A DNA stretch of 34,040 nucleotides, taken from the UHGV virus genome UHGV-0159305; one strand, written 5' to 3'. Source of the stretch: a virus. The position numbers were made by a program, and so were the translations under genes. The notes beneath the pieces are model-generated. The model was not told the origin of the DNA. It saw nothing but the letters and a program-made list of their open reading frames with translations, and did no database searches. This document shows, piece by piece, positions 9,449 to 19,410 of this stretch (the first letter of the stretch is position 1; each line of letters begins with the position of its first letter).

Positions 9449-9461
9449 GTAGGAGGTTCCC

Positions 9462-12400
9462 GTGGCCGACAGGACAGTAGTCGTCAAGCTAACAGCCGAT
9501 GCTTCCGGCGTGAAGCAGGGGATGCAGCAGGCGTCAGACTCGACGAAAGCTGCCGCAACGGCCATGCAGGAGGCCGGCACTGCCGCAGAGGGCACCGGCC
9601 AGAAGATGGGCCAGTCTGCCGAGACCGGGAAGACGGGTCTTGCCGGTCTGGCTGAGTCCGCACGGCAGAACGGTGCGGCGTGGACGACGCTTGGCACGAC
9701 CGTGGCCGGCGCCGGTGCTGGCCTCCTCGGCATCGCCGGTATCGCCGGCAACATGGCGGCGAACTTCGACGCGTCCATGTCGTCGGTGCAGGCGGCCACG
9801 CACTCCTCGTCCGAAGAGATGTCGCAGTTGCGCGAGGCTGCGATTCAGGCCGGCGCCGACACGGCGTTCTCGGCTACTGAGGCCGCGTCCGGCATCGAGG
9901 AGCTCGCTAAAGCTGGCGTGTCCACGAAAGACATTCTCGCTGGCGGGCTCTCCGGGGCCCTCGACTTGGCCGCCGCCGGTGAGATCAGCGTGTCCGAGGC
10001 GGCGGAGACGGCCGCTACAGCCATGGTGCAGTTCAACTTGTCCGGCGATAAGGTGACACATGTCGCCGACCTGCTGGCTGCGGGGGCCGGTAAGGCGCAG
10101 GGCGGTGTCCACGACATGGCGTACGCCCTGAAACAATCAGGTCTCGTAGCCAGCCAGGCCGGCCTCAGTATCGAGGAGACGACCGGCTCCATCGCGGCAT
10201 TCGCGTCGGCGGGGCTGATCGGGCAGGATGCTGGTACTTCCTTCAAGACGATGCTGCAGCGCCTGGAGAATCCGTCCAAAGGTGCAAAGAATGCCATGGA
10301 TGACCTGGGCATCCACATTTACGACGCCCAGGGCCACTTCATTGGGATCACCGCCGTCGCCGAGCAGTTGCGCAACGGGATGAAAGACCTGGGCGAGGAG
10401 GAACGCAACACGGCGATGTCGACCATCTTCGGGTCGGACGCCATTCGTGCTGCGAACGTGCTGTACAACGAAGGCGGCGAGGGCATCCAGGGTTGGATCG
10501 ACAAGGTCAACGACGCCGGCTACGCCGCCGAGACCGCACGCCTGAAGCAGGACAACCTGAAGGGCGACATTGAGAAACTCGGCGGCTCCTGGGAGACCGC
10601 CATGATCAAGATCGGCTCGTCTTCGCAGGCGCCGGTAAGGTCGGTCGTCCAGCACATCACGTCCCTTGTCGACAAACTTGGTGAGCTTGGGTCTGGCACG
10701 CAGTCGATGATTTTCAACTTCACCGCGTTCGGCGGGGCGGCCCTGACCGCGGTCGGCGGCCTCATGGTGATGGCCCCGAAGATCGTTGAAATCCGTGACG
10801 CGATGACCACTTTGAATTGGACTGCCGCCGGGTTGAAGGGCAAGCTCGCGGAGGTCGCGACCGGCATGACTGGCTTCGGTCGCGCCGGCCGGATGATGAT
10901 CACCGCCGCGATGATTGAGGGCGTGAAGCACTACGGTGACACGGTTCGCCGCACCGGCGTGTCGGTCGACGAGATGACAACCGTCCTCGAGCATGGCGGG
11001 TCTGTGCTGAACAACCTGGACTTCGACCGCGGCAAGTACTCGATCCAGGAATACTCGCAAGCCCTGGCTGACATCAGCCGGCCCGGCGTGTGGAACGGCA
11101 TCGAGCAGCACGTAGCCTCTTTTGTGGACGGAATCACCGGTGCGTTCGGGGCGGACACGCGCTCCGACCTTCAGCGCACCAAGGATGCTTTGGAGACGAC
11201 AGGGAAGGCCCTGAGCGGCCTGTCGACCGACCAGGCGGTGTCGGCGTTCAAGCAATTGGCGTCCGAGATGACTAACGGGACGAATAGGTCGATGATCGAC
11301 CTCATCAACTCAATGCCCGACTACAAGGCGCACTTGAACGAGGTGGCGAAGCAAGCCGGCCTAACGGCGGATGACAACACTCGTTTGGCGTTGGCGCTCG
11401 GCCAGATCGACCCGAATGCCCAGCAGGCCGCGGGTGGCACGTCGCAACTGGACGCCGCAATCCGCAAAGCCAAGGAGGGGACTGACCAGATCATTCCCTC
11501 CTTGGCGGAGGTCGTCAAAGGGATCAAAACCTACGGCGACACGGTGATCGCAAACTCAAACGCTGACATCAAGTTCCAGGAGGCGTTGAAGAACGTTAAT
11601 GACGCTGTCCGCGAGAATGGCGCCACATTGGACATCACCACGGAGAAGGGACGAAAGAACCAGTCGGCCCTGAATGACCTGGCCAGCGCAACGTTTGCGC
11701 AAGTACAGGCCGCGCAGGCTGCCGGCGCCGGACAGGAGGAACTGCAGGAGAAAATGCAAACGGGGCGCGATGCATTTATTTCAGCGGCCGAGTCGATGGG
11801 GCTCACCGAGGACGAAGCCGTCGAGCTCGCCGACAAATACGGGCTTATCCCGGAGAAGGTGACGACCGAGGTTACGGCTGACACGAGCCAGGCGACCGAG
11901 GCCGCGAATGGTGCGACCGCCGATATTGACGGGATGACGGGGACGATTTCCATCTCCGGGGATGCCGCGAACGCCGACTACACGCTGACCGTGACGGCTG
12001 ACTCGATCAATGGCACGACCGGCGTCGTGGAGATTGACGCAGATAACGATCAAGGGCTAGCCGGATTGCAGGAGACCGTGCAGACGATCGACAACAGCGA
12101 TGGGACCGTGTCCATCCTCGGTGACGCGACCGGCGCCCGCTGGGAGAAGGATTCCGTCCACACTGAGATTGACAACACGACCGGCACGGTGACAATCTCT
12201 GGTAACGACCAGGCGTCCGGCAAGGTCAGGACCGTTAAGTACAACATCGATCAGCTGCACGACAAAGAGATCAGCATCACCACGAGGATCAAGCAGATCT
12301 TCACGTCGGTCGGCCACTGGATCGGAGACCACTGGCCGAAAGGCTCCTGGCTGCGGTCTGAGGGCGGCCCGATCACCCCGATCAAGGGGTATGCGAACGC

Positions 12401-12776
12401 TGGCGCCGTGTACGGTCCGGGCGGCCCGAAGGACGACTGGATTCCCGCGTGGCTGTCGAATGGCGAGCACGTCCTGTCCGCCGCCGAGGTGGCCGCCACC
12501 GGCGGACAGGATGCCGTGTACCGGCTGCGGAAGATGATCCGCGACGGGGAGATCCGCCAGTACATGGACGCGCGCAGGTTTGCGGACGGCGGCGCCGCCG
12601 ACGCTGTCGCCCCGACCATTGCAGGCTCCGGGTCCGTGTCCGTGAAGCAGCTCCGCAAAGCCATGGACGGGATGAACCTGGAACTCACCGTGGACGGGCA
12701 GACTACCCTGACAACCAGGATGAAGTCCGTCGCGGACGGCCGCATCGTCACCGCGAACCGAATGATGGGAAGATGA
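9462..12776 (+). CDS. tape measure protein
   Basis: 1104-aa ORF with a GTG start 5 nt after AGGAGG. It is Ala/Gly-rich, with predicted transmembrane/coiled segments, and sits in the canonical position after G/GT. Its length predicts a tail of roughly 160-170 nm. Confidence 0.9.
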   Translation: MADRTVVVKLTADASGVKQGMQQASDSTKAAATAMQEAGTAAEGTGQKMGQSAETGKTGLAGLAESARQNGAAWTTLGTTVAGAGAGLLGIAGIAGNMAANFDASMSSVQAATHSSSEEMSQLREAAIQAGADTAFSATEAASGIEELAKAGVSTKDILAGGLSGALDLAAAGEISVSEAAETAATAMVQFNLSGDKVTHVADLLAAGAGKAQGGVHDMAYALKQSGLVASQAGLSIEETTGSIAAFASAGLIGQDAGTSFKTMLQRLENPSKGAKNAMDDLGIHIYDAQGHFIGITAVAEQLRNGMKDLGEEERNTAMSTIFGSDAIRAANVLYNEGGEGIQGWIDKVNDAGYAAETARLKQDNLKGDIEKLGGSWETAMIKIGSSSQAPVRSVVQHITSLVDKLGELGSGTQSMIFNFTAFGGAALTAVGGLMVMAPKIVEIRDAMTTLNWTAAGLKGKLAEVATGMTGFGRAGRMMITAAMIEGVKHYGDTVRRTGVSVDEMTTVLEHGGSVLNNLDFDRGKYSIQEYSQALADISRPGVWNGIEQHVASFVDGITGAFGADTRSDLQRTKDALETTGKALSGLSTDQAVSAFKQLASEMTNGTNRSMIDLINSMPDYKAHLNEVAKQAGLTADDNTRLALALGQIDPNAQQAAGGTSQLDAAIRKAKEGTDQIIPSLAEVVKGIKTYGDTVIANSNADIKFQEALKNVNDAVRENGATLDITTEKGRKNQSALNDLASATFAQVQAAQAAGAGQEELQEKMQTGRDAFISAAESMGLTEDEAVELADKYGLIPEKVTTEVTADTSQATEAANGATADIDGMTGTISISGDAANADYTLTVTADSINGTTGVVEIDADNDQGLAGLQETVQTIDNSDGTVSILGDATGARWEKDSVHTEIDNTTGTVTISGNDQASGKVRTVKYNIDQLHDKEISITTRIKQIFTSVGHWIGDHWPKGSWLRSEGGPITPIKGYANAGAVYGPGGPKDDWIPAWLSNGEHVLSAAEVAATGGQDAVYRLRKMIRDGEIRQYMDARRFADGGAADAVAPTIAGSGSVSVKQLRKAMDGMNLELTVDGQTTLTTRMKSVADGRIVTANRMMGR

Positions 12777-12780
12777 CCGC

Positions 12781-14064
12781 ATGGCAACGATGAAAGCTTT
12801 CACGGCACAACACACGGGGATGCTGTCGCTGCAACCGAACCCCTCCCCCGAGGGGGCCGCCGCGATCCCCGTGTACGTGAAGTCCGACGACAACCGGGTG
12901 CTGATCTGGCATCCGACAGACTCGGAGTGCATCAGTGACCCGCTGGCGCCGATCGGCGAGGAAACCACATACACGCAAGTCGGCGCGGCAGACACGACGG
13001 CAACGCGCACGTCTATCGGCGCAGACATTATCTCCGACGAGACCGGCCATGTCGCCGTCAAGGGGCACATCGTCGAAGCGAACGAAGAGACGTTCTCTGC
13101 CGGGCTGACAACCCTGTCCACTGCCGCCGGCACCCTGGACCGGTGGGGCCAGTCCGCGGAGCCGCTGTCATACACGATCACGTACCGGACGAAAGGCAAG
13201 AGGGACTATGAGACGCTCCGCCAGTTGACGCAGCGCCCCGGCTACCTGATCGTCGCCCATGACGGCGACGCGTGCACGATCCCGTCATGCACGGTCCGGC
13301 CGATCCGTGTGGTCGCCGTACAGAAAGCGACCGCCCAGCAGACCGAGTCGCGCATCGCTGGCACCGTCCAGTGGGAACTGTCAGTCACGGAGCGGCCAGC
13401 GGAGATGGTCCGCCACACGGAGCAGTGGCTCGGCTTGTACGGCACCAGGATGGGGTCGTGGGCGCCGTGCGTCACTTGGGGCGAGTGGTTGGACTGGGAG
13501 GCGAAGCTCGCCGCCGGCGACGTGAAACGGAACGTCACGTACCTGTGGGGCGGGGCCACGCACCCGGAGGACGACAAGCTGCTCGGCAGCGACATCTCAG
13601 AGAACTGGTCGCCTCACGGTCGGCCAACCCGTGGCGGCGACGCCCGCACGGTCACGCCAACAGCGGGCACGACGTCGTTCCGCCAAGTGCCGGTCGGCCA
13701 CACTGTGGAGGTGTCCGCGTACGTGCGGCGCATTGGCAACGACCCGGACCTGTCGAACGTCAGCATGGGTCTGTGGCTGTCCGACGGTAATGGCCCGAAC
13801 TCCACGAAACGCTCCTTCGACCACCCGGACCGGCAGGACCGCAGCAAGCCGGACGCCAACCGCTGGGTGCTGCTGAAAACAACAACCACGATCCGCGCCG
13901 ACGCGGACTGGATTGCCCCGTGCATACTGCTCGATGGGAGTCCGCTGCCAACGATTGAGTTCGCCGAAGTCGGCATTGCAGACCTGTCACTGTCAGACAT
14001 TCCAGACATCGTGTCGCGCACGTACAACGACGTGTGCCGGTATGTGGCAGGGATGCCGTCATGA
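12781..14064 (+). CDS. distal tail protein (Dit-like) with C-terminal extension
   Basis: 427-aa ORF immediately after the tape measure, which is the conserved Dit position. Confidence 0.5.
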   Translation: MATMKAFTAQHTGMLSLQPNPSPEGAAAIPVYVKSDDNRVLIWHPTDSECISDPLAPIGEETTYTQVGAADTTATRTSIGADIISDETGHVAVKGHIVEANEETFSAGLTTLSTAAGTLDRWGQSAEPLSYTITYRTKGKRDYETLRQLTQRPGYLIVAHDGDACTIPSCTVRPIRVVAVQKATAQQTESRIAGTVQWELSVTERPAEMVRHTEQWLGLYGTRMGSWAPCVTWGEWLDWEAKLAAGDVKRNVTYLWGGATHPEDDKLLGSDISENWSPHGRPTRGGDARTVTPTAGTTSFRQVPVGHTVEVSAYVRRIGNDPDLSNVSMGLWLSDGNGPNSTKRSFDHPDRQDRSKPDANRWVLLKTTTTIRADADWIAPCILLDGSPLPTIEFAEVGIADLSLSDIPDIVSRTYNDVCRYVAGMPS

Positions 14065-15404
14065 GGCCCGGACCTAGCTTGTTTGACATGGCGCAGGCGG
14101 CCAGATGGCGTGTCCGCGTGGACGTCCGCTACGGCGGGGAAATCAAGTGGCGGGACCTACCCGTGTACAACGTCCAGCTGGACTGGGGGAAGCTCGGCAC
14201 GAGAACCGACTCGAACCCGTCCGCGCCCGCACGGCTGACGTTGAACGCTCCTAGGCAGCTGGCGGCGAAAGACCCGACAGACCCGCTGGCGAACTACGGG
14301 CAGGAGCTGTGCCCCGTCTTGGAGATCCGCCCCCGCGAAGGCGAGGGGTGGGACGTTCCGTTCGGTCATTTCCGGATCACTGAGTCGCCCGCGAACCCGG
14401 AGGAAGCGACCGTGTCCGCGAAAGACATGCTCCTCGATTTGGAGGAGAACCCGCTGCCGTTCCCGCACTCGCCGTGGCTGGGCGGGACGCTGCTGTCGGA
14501 GATGCGCCGCCTGAACCCAGTGCCGGAGCATACGTACATTTGGGTGGACCCGAAGGTCCAGAACGTCGCCCCGATGGCGTCGCTGCAGATGCCGCCGAAC
14601 CGGCTGGCGTCCGTGATCATGCTGGCGGACTCGTGCGGCGCTGACGTGCGCATGGGGTACGGCGGGAAGATCGAGGCGTACGCGCGCCGGGAGGATTGGG
14701 CGACTCCGGATGAGACGTACCCGTTGGCGTCGAAGCTCCTCATTGACGCGCAGCGGACGGAAGACCCGTCCGGCCGTCTGCCGAACATGATCGAGATCAA
14801 CGCGAAGGGTGACGGCACGAAGTCGTACTCTCTGTCCGGCAACAAGTCTTGGGCTGACGCGATCAAACGGTCCGAGCACGACACCGAGGTTGACGAGGCG
14901 CTGAACCTGCTATGGGAGAGCAAGCCCACGACGTCGGCGTGGGGGCAGAAAGACGAGCTATACCAGAACGCGAAGGATACCGCCTGGCAGTGGCGGCATA
15001 ACCTGTGGCCCGGCTGGGAGCGGGAGACTGACGACAAGGGGAAGACGACCGGCTGGAAGTCGAACTACACGTACGACTTCCACATCGGCATGCAGTACTA
15101 CGGCGCCCCCTACGACCCGAAGCACTACGGTCGGGTAACGAAGGTCACGGACCTGTCGTCGGACAAGTCCTGGTCGAAGATGGTCGAGCAGGCGAACGCC
15201 GACGCGTTCCATGCCCGCGACCGGCTTCCCTCCTGGAAAGTGGAGATGGCGTTCGACCCCCGCATCGAGATCGGAGACCTCCTCGCCTTCGAGATAAAGG
15301 AGGGCGAGTGGATTGCTATCATTGTCACGAGCTACTCGTGCTCACTGTCTGACGTGTCTCGCACGATGACGGTGATCGGACGGGAGGCTCGCCGCCACCT
15401 GTAA
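14061..15404 (+). CDS. tail tip / baseplate hub protein (Tal-like minor tail protein)
   Basis: ORF 14034..15404 trimmed to the ATG at 14061 (ATGA overlap). The ~447-aa size and its position after Dit support the call. Confidence 0.5.
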   Translation: MRPGPSLFDMAQAARWRVRVDVRYGGEIKWRDLPVYNVQLDWGKLGTRTDSNPSAPARLTLNAPRQLAAKDPTDPLANYGQELCPVLEIRPREGEGWDVPFGHFRITESPANPEEATVSAKDMLLDLEENPLPFPHSPWLGGTLLSEMRRLNPVPEHTYIWVDPKVQNVAPMASLQMPPNRLASVIMLADSCGADVRMGYGGKIEAYARREDWATPDETYPLASKLLIDAQRTEDPSGRLPNMIEINAKGDGTKSYSLSGNKSWADAIKRSEHDTEVDEALNLLWESKPTTSAWGQKDELYQNAKDTAWQWRHNLWPGWERETDDKGKTTGWKSNYTYDFHIGMQYYGAPYDPKHYGRVTKVTDLSSDKSWSKMVEQANADAFHARDRLPSWKVEMAFDPRIEIGDLLAFEIKEGEWIAIIVTSYSCSLSDVSRTMTVIGREARRHL

Positions 15405-15417
15405 AGGAGGAGACCGC

Positions 15418-18400
15418 ATGAGTGATAGCAGCCTGTACCTGGCGCTCCGTGAGGGCAGCCAGGCGTCTCAGCGTCGCGACACGACGATCCGCTGGGTGAA
15501 GGGCCGCGTTGTTGACACGGCGAAGACCGACCCGACCCTGCCGGCCGGGTGGGTGCGCGTCGGCATGCCATACGACAAGCCTGAAACGTACGTGGCGGGG
15601 GAAACTCCCGGCCTGTACACATGGCAGGGTGCGATGGTGACTGTCCGCCTACACCCGGACGGCACGCTGCTGTCTATCACGGACGGGCAGGACGAGCCCG
15701 GTGACGAGCGCACACAGATTGAGCGTCTCGGCCCGGCCGGCAAGGAAATCGCTGACGCAATGAACGACGCGGTGGACGCGAAGAAAGCCGCCGCGGAGGT
15801 GAAGACCCGCGCGGACAACGCGGCCAAAGACGCCGCCGCCGCGGCACGTGACGCGCAGACGGCGCGGGCGAAGGCTGAGGCTGCTGCGGCGTCGGTTGGC
15901 ACCGTGCAGGACTCCGTGAAGGGTCTGGACGGGCGGATCACCGCGGCGGACAAGGCCGCGAAGGACGCCGCTACGGTGGCTGACGCCGCGAAGACGACCG
16001 CCCAGCAGGCCGCGGAGACGGCGAAGCGCGCCGAGGATGCGATCAAGAACTCCGGCGACAACGCGAAGGCTGTGACCCTGGCCGAGGAGGCGAAGTCCCT
16101 GGCGCAGGCCGCGCGGACGCTCGCCGGCCAGGCGAACACGAAAGCGCAGGACGCCGCGAACGCCGCCACGACCGCGACGCAGAAGGCTGCCGACGCTGAC
16201 ACGGCCGCGAAGAAAGCTGATGCGAACGCTTCTGCAGTGAAGGCTGTCGCCGACGGTGCTTCTGCTGCTGCGAAGGCCGCACAGGCCGACGCACAGAAAG
16301 CGCAGGCGGACTACTCAACGTTGAAGGCGAAGCAGGATGCGTCCGCGGCCGACATTCTCGCCGCAAAGCAGAAGGCTGACGGTGCTGCGGCTGCCGCCCA
16401 GGGAGCAGCGGAGAAGGCCGACAAGGCGGCCGCCGACGCTCTCGGTGCCCGTAACGCCGCCGACCAGGCTTCCGCGAAGATGTCGTCACTGGACGGAAAG
16501 GTGACGATCGCCGCCCGTACGCCGCTGCCGTCTGACGGGCAGGGCAAGACGACCGGCTCGTTGTGGTGGGTGCAGGGCGCTGATGGGAAGCTCGGCCAGG
16601 CATTCGTGTGGAACGGCACCGTGTGGCGCCTGTCGCAGGCGGGGACGAACTTCATCGGCGACAAGGCGATCGGCTCTGCACAGATCGGCGACGCGGCGAT
16701 TGGTTCCGCACAGATCGCGGACGCTTCGATCACTGACGCGAAGATTGGCGGCCTGTCCGTCAGTAAGCTGATGGTGACGGGCGGGGCGAAGATGCCGCAG
16801 GCCGTGATTGACGTGATCACGTCTGACTCGGCTTTCCTTGGAGCGGTGGCGGCGCATTCGGTGTCCGTGGACCCGGAGAACATGGTGCGGGAGCCGTTGT
16901 TCGCTAGCTCGCCGTCGTCCGCGTGGACGGTGTCGGACACGAAGGCGGTCACGTTGGCGGCTACCGTGTCCGGCGCGCCCGGCGCCCTGGTGACCGGAGT
17001 GCGGTTCGTGAACGCTGCTGGCGCGAATACGTGGGCGCAGGCCACGCAGAAGGTCACGTTCCCCGCGGGGAAGCGGTGGGTGCTGCGGATGACGTACCGG
17101 TACAACTCCGGCAACTCTGGCACGCTGGTGGCGACTGCTGCGGCGAAGGAAATCTGCCGGCCGGTATACAAGGCTAACGATTACGGATGGCGGACCGAGG
17201 AGTGGTCGTGGACGCCGGACGTCGGCACTACGTCGACCATGTTCCAGCTGTCCGCCACGGCCGGCTGCCGCGCCGAGGTCGCGCTCGCGTCGTTGACGGA
17301 GGCCGTGGGCGCCACGAAACTGGCGCCGGGGTCGGTGACGTCGGACGCGATCTACGCCAGCAAGGAGCTGTGGGCGAAGCTCGCCGCGTTCGCGTCGGTG
17401 ACCACCGACATGCTGACTGCCGGCAGGGCGACCATCACCGGCACCGCGGTGGTCGGCGACCTGAAAGGTAACAACATCTTTGGGTCCAAAATCGTCGGGT
17501 CGTCCATGTACGCGTACTCCGAGGCCGCCGAGTCCCTCAACAAGAAAGGACTGCCCTACAAGGCGGTAGACGCGGACGCCGGCGACTGGAATTCCCAGGC
17601 GGTCCCTATGACGCGAGTGTGGGCGAACCGGTACGGCAACTCCGACAGCGACGGGCTGTGCACGATCACGTCCGCGTCGGACACTGAGATGACCGGCAAG
17701 TACACATCCAGGCTCGACTTCACGTACAACGCCTGCTGGGAGACGTATGTGGATCTCCCTGACGGCGACGTGTTCGATGCGACTTTGGATTTCTGGGTCG
17801 CCGACACTGGCGGCACGAGCGAGATGGAGATCGTCTTGCTCCGCGACGGCATTGAGCTGTCTCGCAACCGCACCCTGGACGGGTGGCAGACGATCAGTAT
17901 CGCGAACTGGAAGAAGGGGGATGCAGGGACGCGGCGCTACTACCTGCGCATCTTCCCGCTGTACTCGCCGACGAATGTCTCGTTCAAGGGTTTGAAGCTT
18001 TGGTATCGGACGCTGTATGACACTTCGACGATCCGCCTGAAGGGCAACTCGCTGCTGTTCCGCCAGTCGCAGCCTGACGACAAAGGGACCAATTCGTGGT
18101 TCCGCTTCACTAATGGGCAGATGTACGCGGCTGGCACCAATCAGCTAGAGTATCAGCGTCCGCTCAAATCATTGGTTATGCCGCCGCATTTCATTGGAAC
18201 AACGAATCAGCAGCGCGTCCTGCAGCGAAACTACTGGGAGTGGTGGCCGGGGAAACTCCAGAATGACACAGAGTGGTTCGAGTACGACGCCCAGGACTTC
18301 CGCATCGGGAAGAACAACATTCCACAGGCGGTATACAGCGGCCTGTACTGGGTCACTATTCAGGTGACGGCGAACAGCCACTACTCCTCGCTCTGGACGA

Positions 18401-18633
18401 CACTGCTCGTGGAGTTGAACCCAGCAGGGAACTGGGATCTGGCCGTAGGGAACTCTGTCGCCTTGGAGCCGGGCGTGCAGGGTGCGAAAGTGTCAGCCGC
18501 CGGGCTCATGCAGCTGCGCACGAACGTCCGCCTGTACTGGCACTTCGCGATCCGCACCCCCAACATGGGGTCCGAGAACGGCTGGCTCGAGCTTAATAAC
18601 ATGCGCTTGTCGGCGATGTACATTTCGAACTGA
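15418..18633 (+). CDS. tail fibre / receptor-binding minor tail protein
   Basis: 1071-aa ORF with RBS AAGGAGGAG. Residues ~120-340 form a long Ala/Lys/Asp-rich predicted coiled coil. It carries the tail-fibre-type repeat GDKAIGSAQIGDAAIGSAQIADASITDAKIGG and a large C-terminal globular region. Confidence 0.65.
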   Translation: MSDSSLYLALREGSQASQRRDTTIRWVKGRVVDTAKTDPTLPAGWVRVGMPYDKPETYVAGETPGLYTWQGAMVTVRLHPDGTLLSITDGQDEPGDERTQIERLGPAGKEIADAMNDAVDAKKAAAEVKTRADNAAKDAAAAARDAQTARAKAEAAAASVGTVQDSVKGLDGRITAADKAAKDAATVADAAKTTAQQAAETAKRAEDAIKNSGDNAKAVTLAEEAKSLAQAARTLAGQANTKAQDAANAATTATQKAADADTAAKKADANASAVKAVADGASAAAKAAQADAQKAQADYSTLKAKQDASAADILAAKQKADGAAAAAQGAAEKADKAAADALGARNAADQASAKMSSLDGKVTIAARTPLPSDGQGKTTGSLWWVQGADGKLGQAFVWNGTVWRLSQAGTNFIGDKAIGSAQIGDAAIGSAQIADASITDAKIGGLSVSKLMVTGGAKMPQAVIDVITSDSAFLGAVAAHSVSVDPENMVREPLFASSPSSAWTVSDTKAVTLAATVSGAPGALVTGVRFVNAAGANTWAQATQKVTFPAGKRWVLRMTYRYNSGNSGTLVATAAAKEICRPVYKANDYGWRTEEWSWTPDVGTTSTMFQLSATAGCRAEVALASLTEAVGATKLAPGSVTSDAIYASKELWAKLAAFASVTTDMLTAGRATITGTAVVGDLKGNNIFGSKIVGSSMYAYSEAAESLNKKGLPYKAVDADAGDWNSQAVPMTRVWANRYGNSDSDGLCTITSASDTEMTGKYTSRLDFTYNACWETYVDLPDGDVFDATLDFWVADTGGTSEMEIVLLRDGIELSRNRTLDGWQTISIANWKKGDAGTRRYYLRIFPLYSPTNVSFKGLKLWYRTLYDTSTIRLKGNSLLFRQSQPDDKGTNSWFRFTNGQMYAAGTNQLEYQRPLKSLVMPPHFIGTTNQQRVLQRNYWEWWPGKLQNDTEWFEYDAQDFRIGKNNIPQAVYSGLYWVTIQVTANSHYSSLWTTLLVELNPAGNWDLAVGNSVALEPGVQGAKVSAAGLMQLRTNVRLYWHFAIRTPNMGSENGWLELNNMRLSAMYISN

Positions 18634-18646
18634 GTAGGATGAGACT

Positions 18647-19336
18647 ATGAGTACTACCCGTTGGGATGGGGCGAAGGTCCCGACCGCGTCTGACCCGATC
18701 CTGTCCGCGTGGGGCGACTACGCGGACAGTGTGGGCACGTTCATCCGGTGCGCGTCGCAGGCGGAGGCGCAGGCCCGCCTGTCGCAGGCGCCCGCAGGCG
18801 TCGTGTCGACCGCACACCCGGCCATGTTCCTGATCGCCGGGGTGTTGTACTCGGCGGACGGGACCCGGTCCGGCAACCAGTACGTGCTGCAGCCGGTGGC
18901 TGGGTTCTGTGACGTGCTGGTTGACAAGACTGACGCCAGCAACGGCCGCGGCAGGCCGACGTCCGACCACACGACACGCCGGTGGGCGGAGACCGGGTTC
19001 ACCCTGCCGATCCGCTCGCTGCTGGAGTTCAGCCTGGACGTGTGCGTCAGCATCGTCCACTCCGACTTCGCCTCGGAGGCCGACAAGGACAAGGCGAACG
19101 GCTCCTACTACTTCGGGTTCATCCTGGACAACGCCGGCCTGTGGCAGACCGAGATTCAATACAACCGGACGTTCATGACCCACCACCTGTCGTGGAAGCA
19201 GGAGGTGCCGGCCGGCACGCACACCGCCGCCTACTCGACGTGCGGATCCTACGGCACGGACCCGTTCTGGCACTACGACGGCGGCGTCTACCCCGGCACA
19301 AGATTCCGGGTGATCAGCCTCGGCGCCGCCCGCTGA
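18647..19336 (+). CDS. hypothetical tail-associated protein
   Basis: 229-aa ORF in the distal tail module. No family was recognised. Confidence 0.4.
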   Translation: MSTTRWDGAKVPTASDPILSAWGDYADSVGTFIRCASQAEAQARLSQAPAGVVSTAHPAMFLIAGVLYSADGTRSGNQYVLQPVAGFCDVLVDKTDASNGRGRPTSDHTTRRWAETGFTLPIRSLLEFSLDVCVSIVHSDFASEADKDKANGSYYFGFILDNAGLWQTEIQYNRTFMTHHLSWKQEVPAGTHTAAYSTCGSYGTDPFWHYDGGVYPGTRFRVISLGAAR

Positions 19337-19344
19337 CACCTCCT

Positions 19345-19386
19345 GTTACCTGCTGTGCCTGTGAGATCATAGGTGCAGCAGGTAAC
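19345..19386 (+). terminator. stem-loop (11-bp stem GTTACCTGCTG / CAGCAGGTAAC, ~20-nt loop)
   Basis: Read directly from the sequence, in the 74-bp gap after 18647..19336. Confidence 0.4.
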
Positions 19387-19410
19387 TACTATCCCGGAGG
19401 GGTGTCTGGT

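Noticed and set aside
18982-19410. N-terminal 143 aa of ORF 18982..20718, which would overlap the preceding gene by ~350 nt
   Set aside because: The translation of that part is Arg/Pro/Gly-rich junk. An in-frame ATG at 19411 is preceded by GGAGGGG and follows a hairpin in a genuine intergenic gap.
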